NCBI RefSeq assembly: GCF_006345805.1 | Contig: NC_043004.1 | Location: forward strand, 73,656,001-73,720,000 | Reading direction: 5' to 3' | From: Octopus sinensis | Lineage: Eukaryota | Length of the DNA stretch: 64,000 bases | Shown here: positions 40,642 to 54,050 of the stretch, piece after piece | How positions within the stretch are numbered: the first letter of the stretch is position 1 | Layout of the letters: each line of letters begins with the position of its first letter | Position numbers and translations under genes: made by a program | The notes under the pieces: model-generated | What the model was told of the DNA's origin: nothing | The model's database searches: none | Seen by the model: the letters and a program-made list of their open reading frames with translations, nothing else

Positions 40642-41045
40642 AGTGGCTGTGTGGTAAGTAGCTTGCTTACGAACCACATGGTGCCGGGTTCAGTCCCACT
40701 GCGTGGCACCTTGGGCAAATGTCTTCTACTATAGACTCGGGCCGACCAAATCCTTGTGAGTTGATTTGGTAGACGGAAACTGAAAGAATCCCGTCGTATA
40801 TGTATATGTATGCATATGTATATGTGCGTATATTTTTGTGTGTCCGTGTTTGTCTCCCCAACATCGCTTGACAACCGATGCTGGTGTGTTTACGTCCCCG
40901 TAACTTAGCGGTTCGGCAAAAAAGGCCGATGGAATAAGTACTAGGCTTACAAAGAATAAGCTCTGGGGTCGATTTGCTCGATTAAAGGCGGTGCTTCAGC
41001 ATGGCCGCAATCAAATGACTGTAACAAGTAAAAGAGGTAAAGAGT
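40639..41045 (+). mobile_element. SINE family A, near full length
   Basis: High similarity to 15678-16110. Confidence 0.88.
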
Positions 41046-41365
41046 ATATGTATGCACACACACACACACACATACATACATTCATACATACATACATACA
41101 TACATACATACATACATGCATGCATGCATGCATGCATGCATACATACATATATACATACATACATACATACATACATACATACATACATACATGCATGCA
41201 TGCATACATACATACATACATGCATGCATGCATGCATACATACATACATACACATATACATACATACATACATACACATATACATACATACATACATACA
41301 CACACACACATACATACATACATACATACATACATGCATGCATGCATGCATACATACATACATAA

Positions 41366-41396
<31 letters not shown>

Positions 41397-41485
41397 CATA
41401 CATGCATACATACATACATACATACATACATACATACATACATACATACATACATACATACATACTGACACTGACTGACTGACTG
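41046..41485. repeat. (TACA/TGCA)n microsatellite
   Basis: Direct inspection. Confidence 0.9.
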
Positions 41486-41529
41486 AAAAAGTTGTATGCA
41501 GGCATCCACAATGAAGAATCCTTAATAAC

Positions 41530-42725
41530 AATCCTTTCTATTTTAAGTAAAAGACCTGAAATTTTGAGTTAGGGACCTACGTAGTAAGTTACATCACCTC
41601 CCCCCTCCCCTAGTGTTCAACTAGTACTTATTCTATTGACCCCTAAAGGATGAAAAGCAACGTTGACCTCGATAGAGTTTTAACTCAGAACGTAAAGACA
41701 GAGGAACTGCCGCTAAGCATTTTTCCCAACGCGGTAACGATTCTGCCAGTTCGCTACCATAGTAACGGTTTCAAATTTTGGTTCAAGGCCAGCAATTTGG
41801 GGGGAGAAGTAGAAAATTACTTCGACCCCGGTTTTTAACTGTGATTATTTTATTGACCTCGAAAGGGTGAAAGACAAAGTTGACCTCGGCAGAATTTGAA
41901 CTCAGAACGTTTAGCCGGAAGAAATGCTGCTAAGATAACGATTCTGACAGCTTGTCCGCCTCAATAATAACCTTGAATAGCAACACAAATAACGCGAACA
42001 ACAACAGGAACACCAGAGACCAAGAAATAGTCCTTTCTATTATAGTCACAGTGGGACTCGCGGTCGGAGGATCGCGGTTTCGATTCCCAGACCGGGCGTT
42101 GTGTGTGTTTATTGAGCGAAAACACCTAAAGCTCCACGATACTCCGGCAGAGGGTTGTACTCTTTCACCCCAGCTTTCTCTCACTCTTTCTTCCTGTTTC
42201 TTGAGTAATGCTGCGATGGACTGGCGTCCCATCCAGCTGGGAGGAACACATACGCCATAGAAACCGGGAAACCGTACCCATGAGACTGGCCAGGCTTGAA
42301 AAGGGTGCATAAATAAAAATTATAGTCACACGGCTTGAAATTTTAGGAGTAAGTGCTAGTTGATTATATCGACCTCAGAGTACAACTGGTACTTATTTTG
42401 TCGACCCTGAAAGGATGAAAAGCAAAGTCTACTTCGGCGAATTTAAACTCTGATCATAAAGACGGTGAAATGTTGCTAAGGATTTATCCGCCCTACTAAC
42501 TATTCTGCCAGCTCACCATCTTGAGGGAATAAGGAATATTAATAGCATCAAATTTTGGCACAGGGCTTGTAATTTAGGAGGCGAATGCAAACCGATTACG
42601 ACCTCAGTGCTCAACTGGAACATATTTTATCGACTCCAAAATTATGATCCTGGCAGAGTAGAGATGCAAAGATGTCCCTCAGTATTTTGACCGATGTGCT
42701 GACGACTCTGTCAACTCTCTGCCTT
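41530..42725 (-). mobile_element. Cluster of about four diverged, co-oriented family B SINEs
   Basis: The ACTGGTACTTATTTTATCGACCCCGAAAGGATGAAAGGCAAAGTCGACC-like core recurs four times. Confidence 0.7.
42051..42318 (+). mobile_element. SINE family C (5'-truncated) nested in a family B SINE
   Basis: TSD ATTATAGTCACA at 42039-42050 and 42319-42330. Confidence 0.8.
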
Positions 42726-42874
42726 GAAAGAACAAGAAATAGCGGTAACCAAAGCAACAAGGCCGCAGACGACAGGCATTCACAACAACAAAGACAACAT
42801 CAACGACAGCAACTATAATAGCAGCAATATCAGATAGCAACAATAATATTAGCGACGACGGTAAGACCAAATAT

Positions 42875-43494
42875 TCTTTTCTACTCTAGGTACACGGTCC
42901 GAAATTTTGAGGGAGAGGGGTTCAGTCGATTAGAGCAATCCCATTACGTGACTGGTACTTAAAATTTATCGATCTCGTAAGGATGATAGGCAAAGTCGAC
43001 CACGGCGGAATTTGAACTCAGAACATAAAAACAGACGAAATACCGTTACGCATTTCGCCCGGTGTGCTAACGTTTCTTATTTCTTTATTGCCCACAAGGA
43101 GCTAAACATAGAGGGGACAAACAAGGACAGACAAATGGATTAAGTCGATTACATCGACTCCAGTGCGTAACTGGTACTTATTTAATCGACCCCGAAAGGA
43201 TGAAAGGCAAAGTCGACATCGTCGGAATTTGAACTCAGAACGTAACGGCAGACGAAATACCTATTTCTTTACTACCAACAAGGGGCTAAATACAGAGGGG
43301 ACAAACAAGGACAGACAAACGGATTAAGTCGATTACATCGACCCCAGTGCCTAACTGGTATTTAATTTATCCACCCCGAAAGGATGAAAGGCAAAGTCGA
43401 CCTCAGCGGAATTTGAACTCAGAACGTAACGGCAGACGAAATACCCCTACGCATTTCGCCCGACGCGCTAACGTTTCTGCCAGCTCACCGCCTT
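42875..43494 (-). mobile_element. Trimeric SINE family B
   Basis: Three tandem cores; the first two carry the LINE-like tail and the last carries the standard tail. Confidence 0.85.
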
Positions 43495-44040
43495 AAAAGA
43501 ACAAGAAATAACGATAACCAAAGCAGCAAGGCCGCAAAATACAAGCATTGACAACATCAACAACGCCAAAAAGAACATCAACAACAGTAACAATAATAGC
43601 AACAACAATATTAATGACGACGGTAAGAGCAAATATTAACAGCAACATCAGATAACAGCCCGAGTCAGAGAAACAATTGGAACAGTAACAACAATAACTG
43701 CCAGCATCAAATGGTAATAAGTTTGGGGAGAAGGGTCTCGGTGTACTTGCTGGGCCATTTCCGGACACCTGCTGGTGTGTTATGTTTTATTCGTTTCACA
43801 TAAAATGTGTGGCCAATCGCGCTGCGTTCAAGGTGTGATACAGGTTGGCCGGAAGCTAGGTTATCTCACTTTACATTTCATCTCATCCCTCGTGCAAAGG
43901 GCAAGAAATATCTTTTACTTTTCTTTGTTTTTTTTTTTAGATAAAACGCCATCAGCTCTGATATATTCGGAATATATTAACATTGCTGTTAACATTTTCC
44001 TCTTATTGGTCTCTGTTTGATGGCTGTCTATCTCTATCTC

Positions 44041-44092
<52 letters not shown>

Positions 44093-44094
44093 AT

Positions 44095-44550
44095 TTGTCT
44101 AGCGAATGTTTTAAAAAAAGATGGGTGAATGTAGCAAGAATGGCACGTATGAATGACGAAGCCACCTTGAGCATGATCCTATGAACCCAGAAATTGAAAA
44201 CAGAGAGTTGCTTATTCGCAAAAAAAAAAAAAAGAAATATAACATGTGACTCCATTGACCGAGGTTACCGTGGTCTTTTCCGTAGGCTTTTCTTTCCACG
44301 GGTAAACCTCACCTGTCCTCCCCTTTACACTTCATATTGACATTTCTGTGATAACGATCCCTATTGATCAATTTTTTTTTCCTCTCCCCCTTTTTTTAAC
44401 CCCCCTTTTTTTTGTCCTCTTTCTCTCCTTTTACGATCCCTTTTGATCGAAACTCCCCCTTCCTTTTTTTTTTTTTAAACCTTCAAAAGAAAAGCTCTAC
44501 CTTGTAATTTGTTCTATCTGTGTGCAGCCCTGTGTGGCTAATAAGAAACA
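44095..44550 (+). mobile_element. Tx1/L1-like LINE 3' end embedded in (TATC)n
   Basis: ECFKKRWVNVARMARMNDEATLSMIL* C-terminus, a pyrimidine-rich 3'UTR, end TAATAAGAAACA, and (TATC)n on both sides. Confidence 0.6.
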
Positions 44551-44560
44551 TATCTATCTT

Positions 44561-44596
<36 letters not shown>

Positions 44597-44770
44597 CTTA
44601 TCTATCTATATATCTATCTATCTATCTTTCTATCTATCTATTTACCTCTCTATCCATCTATCTTTCTATCTATTTACCTCTCTTTCCATCTATCTTTCTG
44701 TCTATCTATTTACCTATCTATCTATCTATCTATCTATCTATAACTATCTATCTATCTATCTATCTATCTA

Positions 44771-44804
<34 letters not shown>

Positions 44805-45431
44805 AATCTATTTATCTCTCTGTTCTCGGTCTGTTAATTTAGCTAATTCATGTCTATCTACCTCTCAGTCTATCATTTTTGCCAATTTGTGTGTGTGTGT
44901 GTGTGTGCGTGTGTGCTGTTATTTAGTCCCAGATCAACAGACTTATGATGAAACGCATTCTAGGTTGAACAACCTCTCTTTTTTTTCTTTCTCCTAAAGC
45001 TAACCACACATGTACATTACCCAAAATATATCTCAAAGCCTATGAAATAAGCCATCTATCTAAAAAAAAAACCGATACAGCGCAGTGAATAAACTAGGAC
45101 AGTTCGGGTGGTACTCACCCAGACAACCTATACTGCTACAGAACAAAATAAAAGAGGCTGGGCAAAGAAGGAGCGACTAAATGGCTACTCGACCTTTTCG
45201 TAACTTGCATCAGATCTCTTTTGAATCACACCTTACTGTGGTTTTTAAAGACAGAAGCATGGATGTGTGGTTAAGAAATTCACTTTTCCACCATGTTGCT
45301 TCATGTTCGATCTCACTGCGCAGCACATTGGGCAGGCCAACAAATGCTTTGTGAGTGAGTTCAGTAGTTGGAAACTCTGTGGAAGTACATCGTATATTTT
45401 TGTGTGGTGAGAGGAGAGAGAGAGAGGGAGA

Positions 45432-45472
<41 letters not shown>

Positions 45473-45774
45473 AGACCAATGCTTCACAACCATTGCTGGA
45501 TTATTTCCGTCCCCGTAACTTAATGGTTCGGCAAAAGTGACTCAATAGAATAAGTACCGGGCTTTATAGTAGAAAGAAAGAAAGAAAGAAAGAAAGAAGG
45601 AAGGAAGGAAAAGAAGAAGTCCTGGGGTCAATCTTTTCGGCTAAATCCTCAAAAGCGGTGCCTAGAAAATGCAAAATAGTCGATAGTGGAAAGCTTCAGA
45701 GCAAGGCTGGTTCGACTTGGAAGTTAACCATTGATACATTCAGAAACACTTTCACGATTGTATACACACATACG

Positions 45775-45809
<35 letters not shown>

Positions 45810-46555
45810 GTACATAGAGAGGGAGCTTATTATCCCATATAGCCTTGCTTGCTTTTTGTTTAACATTTTCCCGTATTTTAGTTAGATATTTAAACTAATG
45901 CCCAGGTCTCCTACTTATCTAGCAGGTTGTGTTGTTAAGTCTCATATAAAACCAGTTGCAATGTGACGTGTTCAAACATATACGCCGAAACCACACAGAC
46001 GCACACACTCAAGCTCATGATCACTCATTTATATATATATACATGCATTAAAAATGAATAGCTGAAAGATGACAAATTAGCGATGAAGTACACTTTTTTT
46101 AAATATAAGCATCAAACAAAAGTGGTTCCAATGCCGACACTGGCCTCCGTATTTATTTATTTATTTATTTATTTATTTACATATTAATTAATTAATTTAG
46201 TTAGTTATTGTTTCTTAGTCTATATCAATGTTTAGATGGATTTTATTTATAACTGTATGTGTTCGTATGCATGTATGTATGTATATTTGTATATTTATAT
46301 ATGCATGTGTGTTTTGTGCATCAGTGCATGTGTTTATGCTCCCCTCCCCCACCGCACCGCTTTGCTTGATAATCAATGTTGCTTTGCTTACGTACCTATA
46401 AATTAGTGGTTCGGCAAAAGAGAGTGATACAATACGAACCGAACTTAAAAATAACTAAAATAACAACTGGGGTCCATTTGTTCGACTAAACTATTCAAAG
46501 CAATGTCCAGAGCCCAATAATGAAACAAATATAAAATTATATATATATATATATA

Positions 46556-46874
46556 TCACCGTGATCACCGTGATCACCGTGACCGACCAGGCTATCAGAT
46601 GTTGTTACACATCGCTGGTCACAATGCGCTTCGCATTGTTTTAGCCTTCAAATGACGCCACCCCGCTGGCTAAGCGAGCAGGCCAACAGAAGAAAGAGTG
46701 AGAGAAAGTTGTGGCGAAAGAGTACAGCAGGGATCGCCACCACCTCCTGCCGGAGCCTCGTGGAGAATTAGGTGTTTTCGCTCAATAAACACTCACAACG
46801 CCCGGTCTGGGAATCGAAACCGCGATCCTACGTCCGCGAATCCGCTGCCCTAACCACTGGGCCATTGCGCCTCC
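46556..46874 (-). mobile_element. SINE family C, short form with (TCACGGTGA)n tail
   Basis: Full tRNA-like head GGAGGCGCAATGGCCCAGTGGTTAGGGCAGCGG. Confidence 0.85.
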
Positions 46875-46900
46875 ACACACACACACACACACACACACAC

Positions 46901-46957
<57 letters not shown>

Positions 46958-47199
46958 TGTATATATATAAAATAATATATATATATGTATATATATATAT
47001 ATATGTATAGATATATACATACATACATACATAAATATTGTAAATGTAGATATATTCAGAAATACTTTCAACAACACACACACACACATATGCGCGTGCA
47101 CGAGTACAAACACACAAAAAAATCTTCGGTGCAATAGTTTCGAAGTTCGGTCCCAGGATATGGAGACACAATTTTGTGATACTCAGTTCGACATAGAGT

Positions 47200-47365
47200 C
47201 GCAGGCGTGGATGTGTGGCAAGAAGTTTGCTTCCCAACCACATGGTCCCGGTTTCATTCCCAATGCATGGCATCTTGGATAAGTGTCTACTACTATAGCA
47301 TCGAGTCGACCAACCAATGTGAGTGGATTTTGTTGACGGAAACTGATAGAAGCCCGTTATATGTA

Positions 47366-47421
<56 letters not shown>

Positions 47422-47662
47422 CATAAATATGTGTGTGTATGTGTATGCCTTTGTGTCTATGTTTGTCCACTCCTATCATTTGATAACCGGTATTGTTGTG
47501 TTTATGTCCCCATTTTTTTTAGCGGTTTGTAAAAGAAACCAATAGAATAACAGGCTTCAAAGAAACAAGTCCTGGGATCGATTAATTCGGCTAAAAATTC
47601 TTCAAGATGATGCCCCAGCATGGCATCATCCTTAATGACTGAAACAAGTGAAAGATAAAAGA
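47200..47662 (+). mobile_element. SINE family A
   Basis: Similarity across head, body and tail. Confidence 0.8.
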
Positions 47663-48324
47663 TATCTAATCGGAGGACAAACCAAAATTTAGACAAAGTA
47701 AAACAAAAAGAAAAAAAAAGAAGAAAACACAAATCAACAAAACATTGCAGCTTCTGGGAAAGCCCCTGTTACGTCGACTGACGGACGTGGTGGGATGGGA
47801 ATAATCGGGAAAGTGGGGGGGGTGCAGTTTAAGACGACTATGATCAGAAAATTCTAGAAAATCAGTGAAGTGTATCTAAAACGACGAATAATGTGCAGTC
47901 TACGACTTCGTTCATGCGTGAAAACCGTTGGAAGGAAAAAAAGTAATGATTTGCTAATTGGGCATTAAGATGCGTGGGAGACTTTGTTGAGCTGAAAAAG
48001 AACAAATGGGTGAATTAGGAAGTCGTGGAATTCATGCCGTTTCCAATGTATCTTTTGCTTTAATGCTATTGTTTTTTTTTTTTTCAAATCTCGATCAGAG
48101 TCGGATTTTGATTGTCGATGCATGAATCATATTTTTTGTGCTTGCAGTGATATTGTTCTTGTTTTTCTCTAAGTTTTAACCCAATTGGTGAAGCCACGTG
48201 GCCTTGTGGTTAAAGCAGTATATTTCAATCATATTTTTAGCTATGGATCCCTTTCATTCCTATTTTACCCATGTCATTCGATATTTTTTTTTTAAATTCC
48301 TGTAATATTTTAATCATTAATATT

Positions 48325-48544
48325 ATTAGGAAGGTGCGATGCAATTTGTAATAGATTGTCTATTCAACGGTTCGAACGATATTTCAACCGATCGTCTGCC
48401 TTCATTCAGTTCAAAAGATGTTCCTGCAGTTGTTTTCATTTTACATTTTGAACTTGAAAAAACAAAAACAGACGATCCGTCGAAATATCGTTCAAACCGT
48501 TGAATAAATAAATCTATTAACAAATCGCATCGCGCTCTTCTTAT
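48325..48544. repeat. About 220-bp fold-back palindrome (MITE-like)
   Basis: GCGATGCAATTTGTAATAGATT..TTCAACGGTTCGAACGATATTTC..GATCGTCTG is mirrored at 48469-48533. Confidence 0.75.
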
Positions 48545-48611
48545 TGTGTGTTTACCTTGGTGAAGAGTTACCTCAACTTTTATAAAACATCAAAATCAAG
48601 TGAATTGCATA

Positions 48612-49481
48612 CTCTCTCTTTTTACTCTTTTTACTTGTTTCAGTCATTTGACTGCGGCCATGCTGGAGCACCGCCTTGAGTCGAGCAAATCGACCCCGGG
48701 ACTTATTCTTTGTAAGCCCAGTACTTATTCTACCGGTCTCTTTTGCCGAACCGCTAAGTGACGGGGACGTAAACACACCAGCATCGGTTGTCAAGCAATG
48801 CTAGGGAAACAAACACAGACACACAAACATATTCACACACACTTATATATATATACATATATACGACAGGCTTCTTTCAGTTTCCGTCTACCAAATCCAC
48901 TCACAAGGCATTGGTCGGCCCGGGGCTATAGCAGAAGACACTTGCCCAAGATGCCACGCAGTGGGACTGAACCCGGAACCATGTGGTTGGTTAGCAAGCT
49001 AATTACCAAACAGCCACAAAAATAATTATTAAAATATTTTGTGCATTGAAGAGGTAAAACCAATTTATTATCTTTTATCTTTTTTTTATTTACTTGTCTC
49101 AGTCATTAGACTGCGGCCATACTGGGGCACTGCCTTGAATTTTTAGACAAATGAATCGACCTCAGTTCTTAATTTTTTTAAAGCCTGGTACTTAATCTAT
49201 CAGTCTCATTTGACGAACCGCTAATTTACGGGAACACAAATACACCAACATCGGTTATCAAGCAGTATTAGGGGACAAACACAAACATAAACACAATACA
49301 CATAGATATACATACATACATATGGGTTTCTTTCAGTCTCTGTCTACCAGATCCACTCACAAGGCTTTGGTCGGCCCGAGGTTACAATAGAAAACACTTG
49401 CCCAAGGTGTCCCGCAATGGGACTGAAACTGGAACAATATGGTCGGTAAACAAGCTTCTTACCACACAGCCACGCCTGCGC
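48612..49481 (-). mobile_element. Two tandem family A SINEs (48612-49017 and 49075-49481)
   Basis: Reverse-complement matches to family A. Confidence 0.85.
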
Positions 49482-49830
49482 CTTTTGCAGATAAATCTTA
49501 ACAACAAAATCTTGTGTGGACCCCAGTTGAGAACCAAAGGGTTGGTGTGTTTAGTTGTCACTCATAATGTCACAGGTTCGATTCTTGATGGAACTGCATG
49601 CCGTGTCCTTGAGCAACGCACTTTATTTTCTTCATTTCATATTCCTCATTTCCCTCAGCTGAAACTGAGTAACAACCAAATGCTAGCGCAGCGCTTTTTC
49701 CCTCCAGCTGACCGATTCTAAGTGCACCGGTGGGTGAAGTGCAAGCGGGTCTACACAGTTTTTGTCAACTCCGATTACGTAGATTACATAGGAACTGTAA
49801 AGAACCTAGGAAAGCATAATACATGAACGA

Positions 49831-50225
49831 AGGCGCTAGCATAGCTGTGTGGCTAAGAAGCCCGCTTTGCAGCCGTGTGGTTTTGGGTTCAGTCCCACTG
49901 TGCAACACCTTGCGCTAGTGTCTTTTACTCTAGCCCTCGGTTGACCAATGGCTTGTGAGTGGATCTGGTAGACAGAACCTATGTGGAAGCCAGGTGCATA
50001 TATGTGTGTGTGTGTGTCTGTCTGTCTGTCTGTCTGTGTTTGCGTTTGTGCTCCAGCCACCACCTGAGAACCTGTGTTAGTTTGTTTATGTCCCCTACAG
50101 TTAGTGGTTCGGTGAATTAGTACCAGATTAAAAAATAGGGTTGAATTCGACTAACTTCTTCAAGACGGTGCTCCAGCGTGACCGCAGTCCAATGACTGAG
50201 ACAAGTAATAGATAAAAGATAAGAG
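49831..50225 (+). mobile_element. SINE family A, diverged
   Basis: Similarity across head, body and tail. Confidence 0.75.
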
Positions 50226-50332
50226 TACGAAATTAACACCTGTCGCGAACTGGCGGGTATTATTTTCAGATTTGTCCGTACAAGCGTAACCATTCTTCCT
50301 TTATTTTAAGTTCCCCTTCCGCCAAATTTTTG

Positions 50333-50556
50333 GAGGCGCGTGGCTTAGTGTTTAGGGTGTCAACATCATGATCGTAAGATTGTGGTTTCACTTCCTGGAG
50401 CAAAACACTTCATTTCACGTTGCTCCAGTTCACTCAGCTGGCAAAAATGAGTAACGCTGCGATGGACTGGCGTCCCATCCAGCTGGTGAACATATAGGCC
50501 ATTGAAACCGGGAAGCCGGGTCCATGAGCCTGGCTAGGCTTTAAAAGGACGCATTT
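50333..50556 (+). mobile_element. tRNA SINE sharing its 3' half with 42051-42318
   Basis: GGAGGCGCGTGGCTTAGTG head; tail GCTGCGATGGACTGGCGTCCCATCCAGCTGG..CCATGAGCCTGGCTAGGCTT. Confidence 0.75.
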
Positions 50557-52149
50557 ATTATTTTATTTCTACTAAATTTAATGCGCACCCGTACGACTAA
50601 TACGCACGGTATATAGTGGTTTGAGGGATATTTGGTTGCTGTTTCCAGTAAATCGAATGTCTACATGGATGCTCCTTCGTTGAAGCCAAGATCTAGAAAA
50701 TATCAATGAAAAATATAATTTCCTTTTGATTAGGATGGAATTAATAAAAGAGAATATTTCATCATGAAATAATATTATGTAAGATTTAATATATATCATA
50801 CTATTGCATATGTTATTTTATAACATTATTTCATTTCATGGAAAGTCATTTTAAATAGAGTTAAATATATTAAAATATATTATTTCATAATTTCATTTCA
50901 CCTGAAGTCATTTTAAATAGATTTTAATATAACACAGGTTATTAGACAATACATCATCCCATGATATCGTTTCACAGATAGTTTAAAAAGAAATTAATTC
51001 ATTATATTTCACTCTACTACAAAAGGGGGCGACGTTGGACTGGCAGAGTCGTTAACACGTCGGACAAAATGCCTAGCAGCAGTTCTTCCAAATTTTACGT
51101 TCTGGGTTCAAATTTCGCCGATGTCAACTTTGTCATTCATTCCTTCGGGGTGCATACAATAAAGTGCCAGTGAAGTACTGGGGTTAAATACAAATGAATT
51201 GTGCCGCCTCTCTTCAAAAATTCCTGGTCTTCAACTCTTCAAAGGAGCGGCATCCTGTTCAGGGTGAATGTTACAATTTCGGTTACTTAAATGCCACAGA
51301 AACCGAGTAACCAGCCTTATGAGACCTAGGACTTAAATTTACATTAAAATTACATTCTACCTCTCATATTCAAGTTCTATTTTCTCCACTTTGTTTTGCA
51401 CCTGTGTGCTCACATGTGCGTGTGCGTGCGTATGTGCACGCGGTGAGCCTCCATATAGTTTCTACCTAAACAAATTCATTCACAAGACATTAGTCAGCCC
51501 AGGAATACAATTGAGAACGTTTGCCAAAAGTGCCAAGCAATGGGTGTAAACTTTAGGGACCCACGAGGTTGCAAAGCGAGCCTTTTAACCACACAACCAT
51601 AGCTAGCCAACACGGGTGATATATTTTTGGACCGTTAAAAATTCCACTTTTTGAAATTCAAAATTGAAACTAAAATATTCTTATGAATTAATCTAAATCG
51701 GTCGTTTTAAATAGGGATCATTTAAACATTATATATAAAGAAAGGGGGATTGACCGGAATAGGAAAACGTATTTACTTGAATCAACAAGAATAAATTTGT
51801 AAGGAAAAGGAAGTGGGCTTTTGTTCTTTTCTTTTAGAGCTGTTATAAACAGGAGTGTTATCGAAGGATTGTCTTTTAGGAAAGTTCAGAAACCCCGGAA
51901 TCACAAAGCTTCCTTTATTTAGATAGGAAGAGAAAGGAATTAAATAGGTCAGAGTCGAAGTGTTCACAAACAAAGGAATAAATTGGAACTAAAAATTATA
52001 TTTGTACCTCCATAACTTTTCATCGCTTTCTTTTATTTCTAAGATTCAGACTTAAAGACGTTACACTTAAAATTTTGTGTAAGATTATATAGTGTGCCTA
52101 ATAAACTGTTGACACAATAGCATTATGATCGAAGGTATTGCAAAAGTGG

Positions 52150-52505
52150 TCATGTATGATACCCCTTATACAGATACTGCTGAAAGTGACATTGGGTTAC
52201 ACCTTGAAAAGTGGAGAAAAATTTAATCGCCTGTTATATATGAAAGACTTAAAAATCTTCGGGAAGAACGAGCATGAAATAAATGGTCTGGATTCAACAA
52301 TATTGATATCAGTAAGGATATCAGAAAGGATATCAATAAGGATATCAGTAAGGATATCGGTAAGGATATCGTGATGAAATTTGGGATTAGAATATGTGGT
52401 ACGCTTATCATAAAAAAAGGCAGAGTGGTGTCATCTGATGGCATAGAACTATCAAACGGGCAGAAAATCAAGGATGTGAGATTCATGGATATAAGTATCT
52501 GGGTA
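52150..52505 (+). mobile_element. Dong/R4-like LINE RT fragment with 12-bp tandem expansion
   Basis: LLYMKDLKIFGKNEHE (cf. LYMDDLK), DIVMKFGIRICGTLIIKKGRV and GYKYLG; about 5 copies of AGGATATCAGTA. Confidence 0.7.
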
Positions 52506-53699
52506 GCCGTTGTTTCGTGTGTCCCTGGCGTCCATGCATCTTTATATGATACACATTCCCAGTTTTTTCAACCAGTAGAGTAACTTGGGATTTATCAAGT
52601 GAAAGCTTTATATTAATCAGCTTGTATGAAACAAGGGCTAACTAAAAGTCTGAAAAGAAATATGGCCGTTTAGGACAAACTTATAAAAATGATTTGGACA
52701 TGCAAAGGGTTAAAATAACATGGTTGTAGAGCTTGTTACGAAAATGGTATATCAATAGTTCAAAATTTTCAAACAGTCGCAGAGTAAAAGCAAGGGATAT
52801 CGTTGATGATATAAGAAATTCTCTAACAACCGGTCCGCCCTGAACCAACAAACCTTGCTATGTACAAAGTGCATCCAGTCGTAGCCGCCCCATATTTTAT
52901 TTTCAAGACTGTACAACTAGGATTACATCCTTATTTTTTAACCGTATTTCTGTCATGATTTGGAAGAAAATTGCCCACTATTTTTAGCAAGTCAAGCAAC
53001 CATGAAACGACTCCTCTGTTTACACGGGCATGAGAAATTGTTTAAATATGAGGTTCATCTAATTCTGGCACATGAAATGCATTTACTTGTACCAGTCGAC
53101 ACTAATTTTTCTTTGGGAAAGTTGTGTTCCACTAGATTTATTCTTTTGTTGTTCTTTCTGCCCTTGCTGCTGCTGTTGTTGTTGTTGTTGTTCTTTGTGA
53201 TCAGTGACACGTAACCTTTTTTTTCCAGAACGAAGTTCACAAAATTCACAAAACCTTCATGAACATAGAAATCTCCCTCAAATCAAATCCTAAGCTTTTC
53301 TTTTTAATAAGACAAAGTGACTAGCACGTTGGCTAAAGTAAATGTAGATAAACAAAGATATGGGATGGTTACGGTTGGAACATCTTTGATCAGAAGTTAG
53401 CATACGGTTAAACAACACACGAAACAAAATTTCCCCCTCGACCGAGAAGAAAATAGTGTAATGGAATATAAATGTGGTGTGAAGAGAAAATGTGAGGAAA
53501 ATGTGCGAGGTAAGCGTGAGATAGAGAGAAGAGTGTCACCAATTTTGTTTAAGTATGGTTGAGTGGTTGAGAAGCTCACTTTGCTTTCAAGTTCAGTCCC
53601 ACAGCGCGGCATTTCAGGAAAGTATCTTCTACCATAGTCCAAGACTTACCAATGCTTTGTGAGTGAATTTGGCAGACGGAAACTATATTAGACAGAAGC

Positions 53700-54010
53700 C
53701 CGAGAGTTATGCCAGACCCCGAACAGGACGTCACTGCACCGTTCCAAAAGTCCAACCCATTCCGGCTAGAGGGAGGACCAGATCCTGCTGTAGCTTGGGA
53801 CTCAAAGGCCCCACAGCTACTTGATAGCCTGCCAAAAAACCTGTGATATCTAGATGGAATGAGGGAAGATGTTTTCAAGAAGCGAATTGACCATCTGCTG
53901 TCCAGGATCCCACTTGAACTTGCATCACAGCAAGTAACTCAAAATGGTAAAAAATCTGACACCCTTCTTCACCAAAAGCCAATCACGAGAGGAAAACCAT
54001 TGAAAATGTG
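53700..54010 (+). mobile_element. CR1-group LINE 3' fragment related to 60726-64000
   Basis: RTGRHCTVPK..SLGLKGPQLLDSLPKNL*..VFKKRIDHLLSRIP aligns with RTGRHCIVPR..SLGFRGPQLFNILPENL. Confidence 0.8.
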
Positions 54011-54050
54011 ATGATACAGGCGATATATAACCTATGTCTATATGATGATA

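Noticed and set aside
40982-41531. MYVC/HTYI repeat proteins (also at 2.2-6 kb and elsewhere)
   Set aside because: Translations of TACA, TA and CA microsatellites.
46795-46874. tRNA gene
   Set aside because: The tRNA-like head runs directly into a repeated SINE body and lacks a closed acceptor stem.
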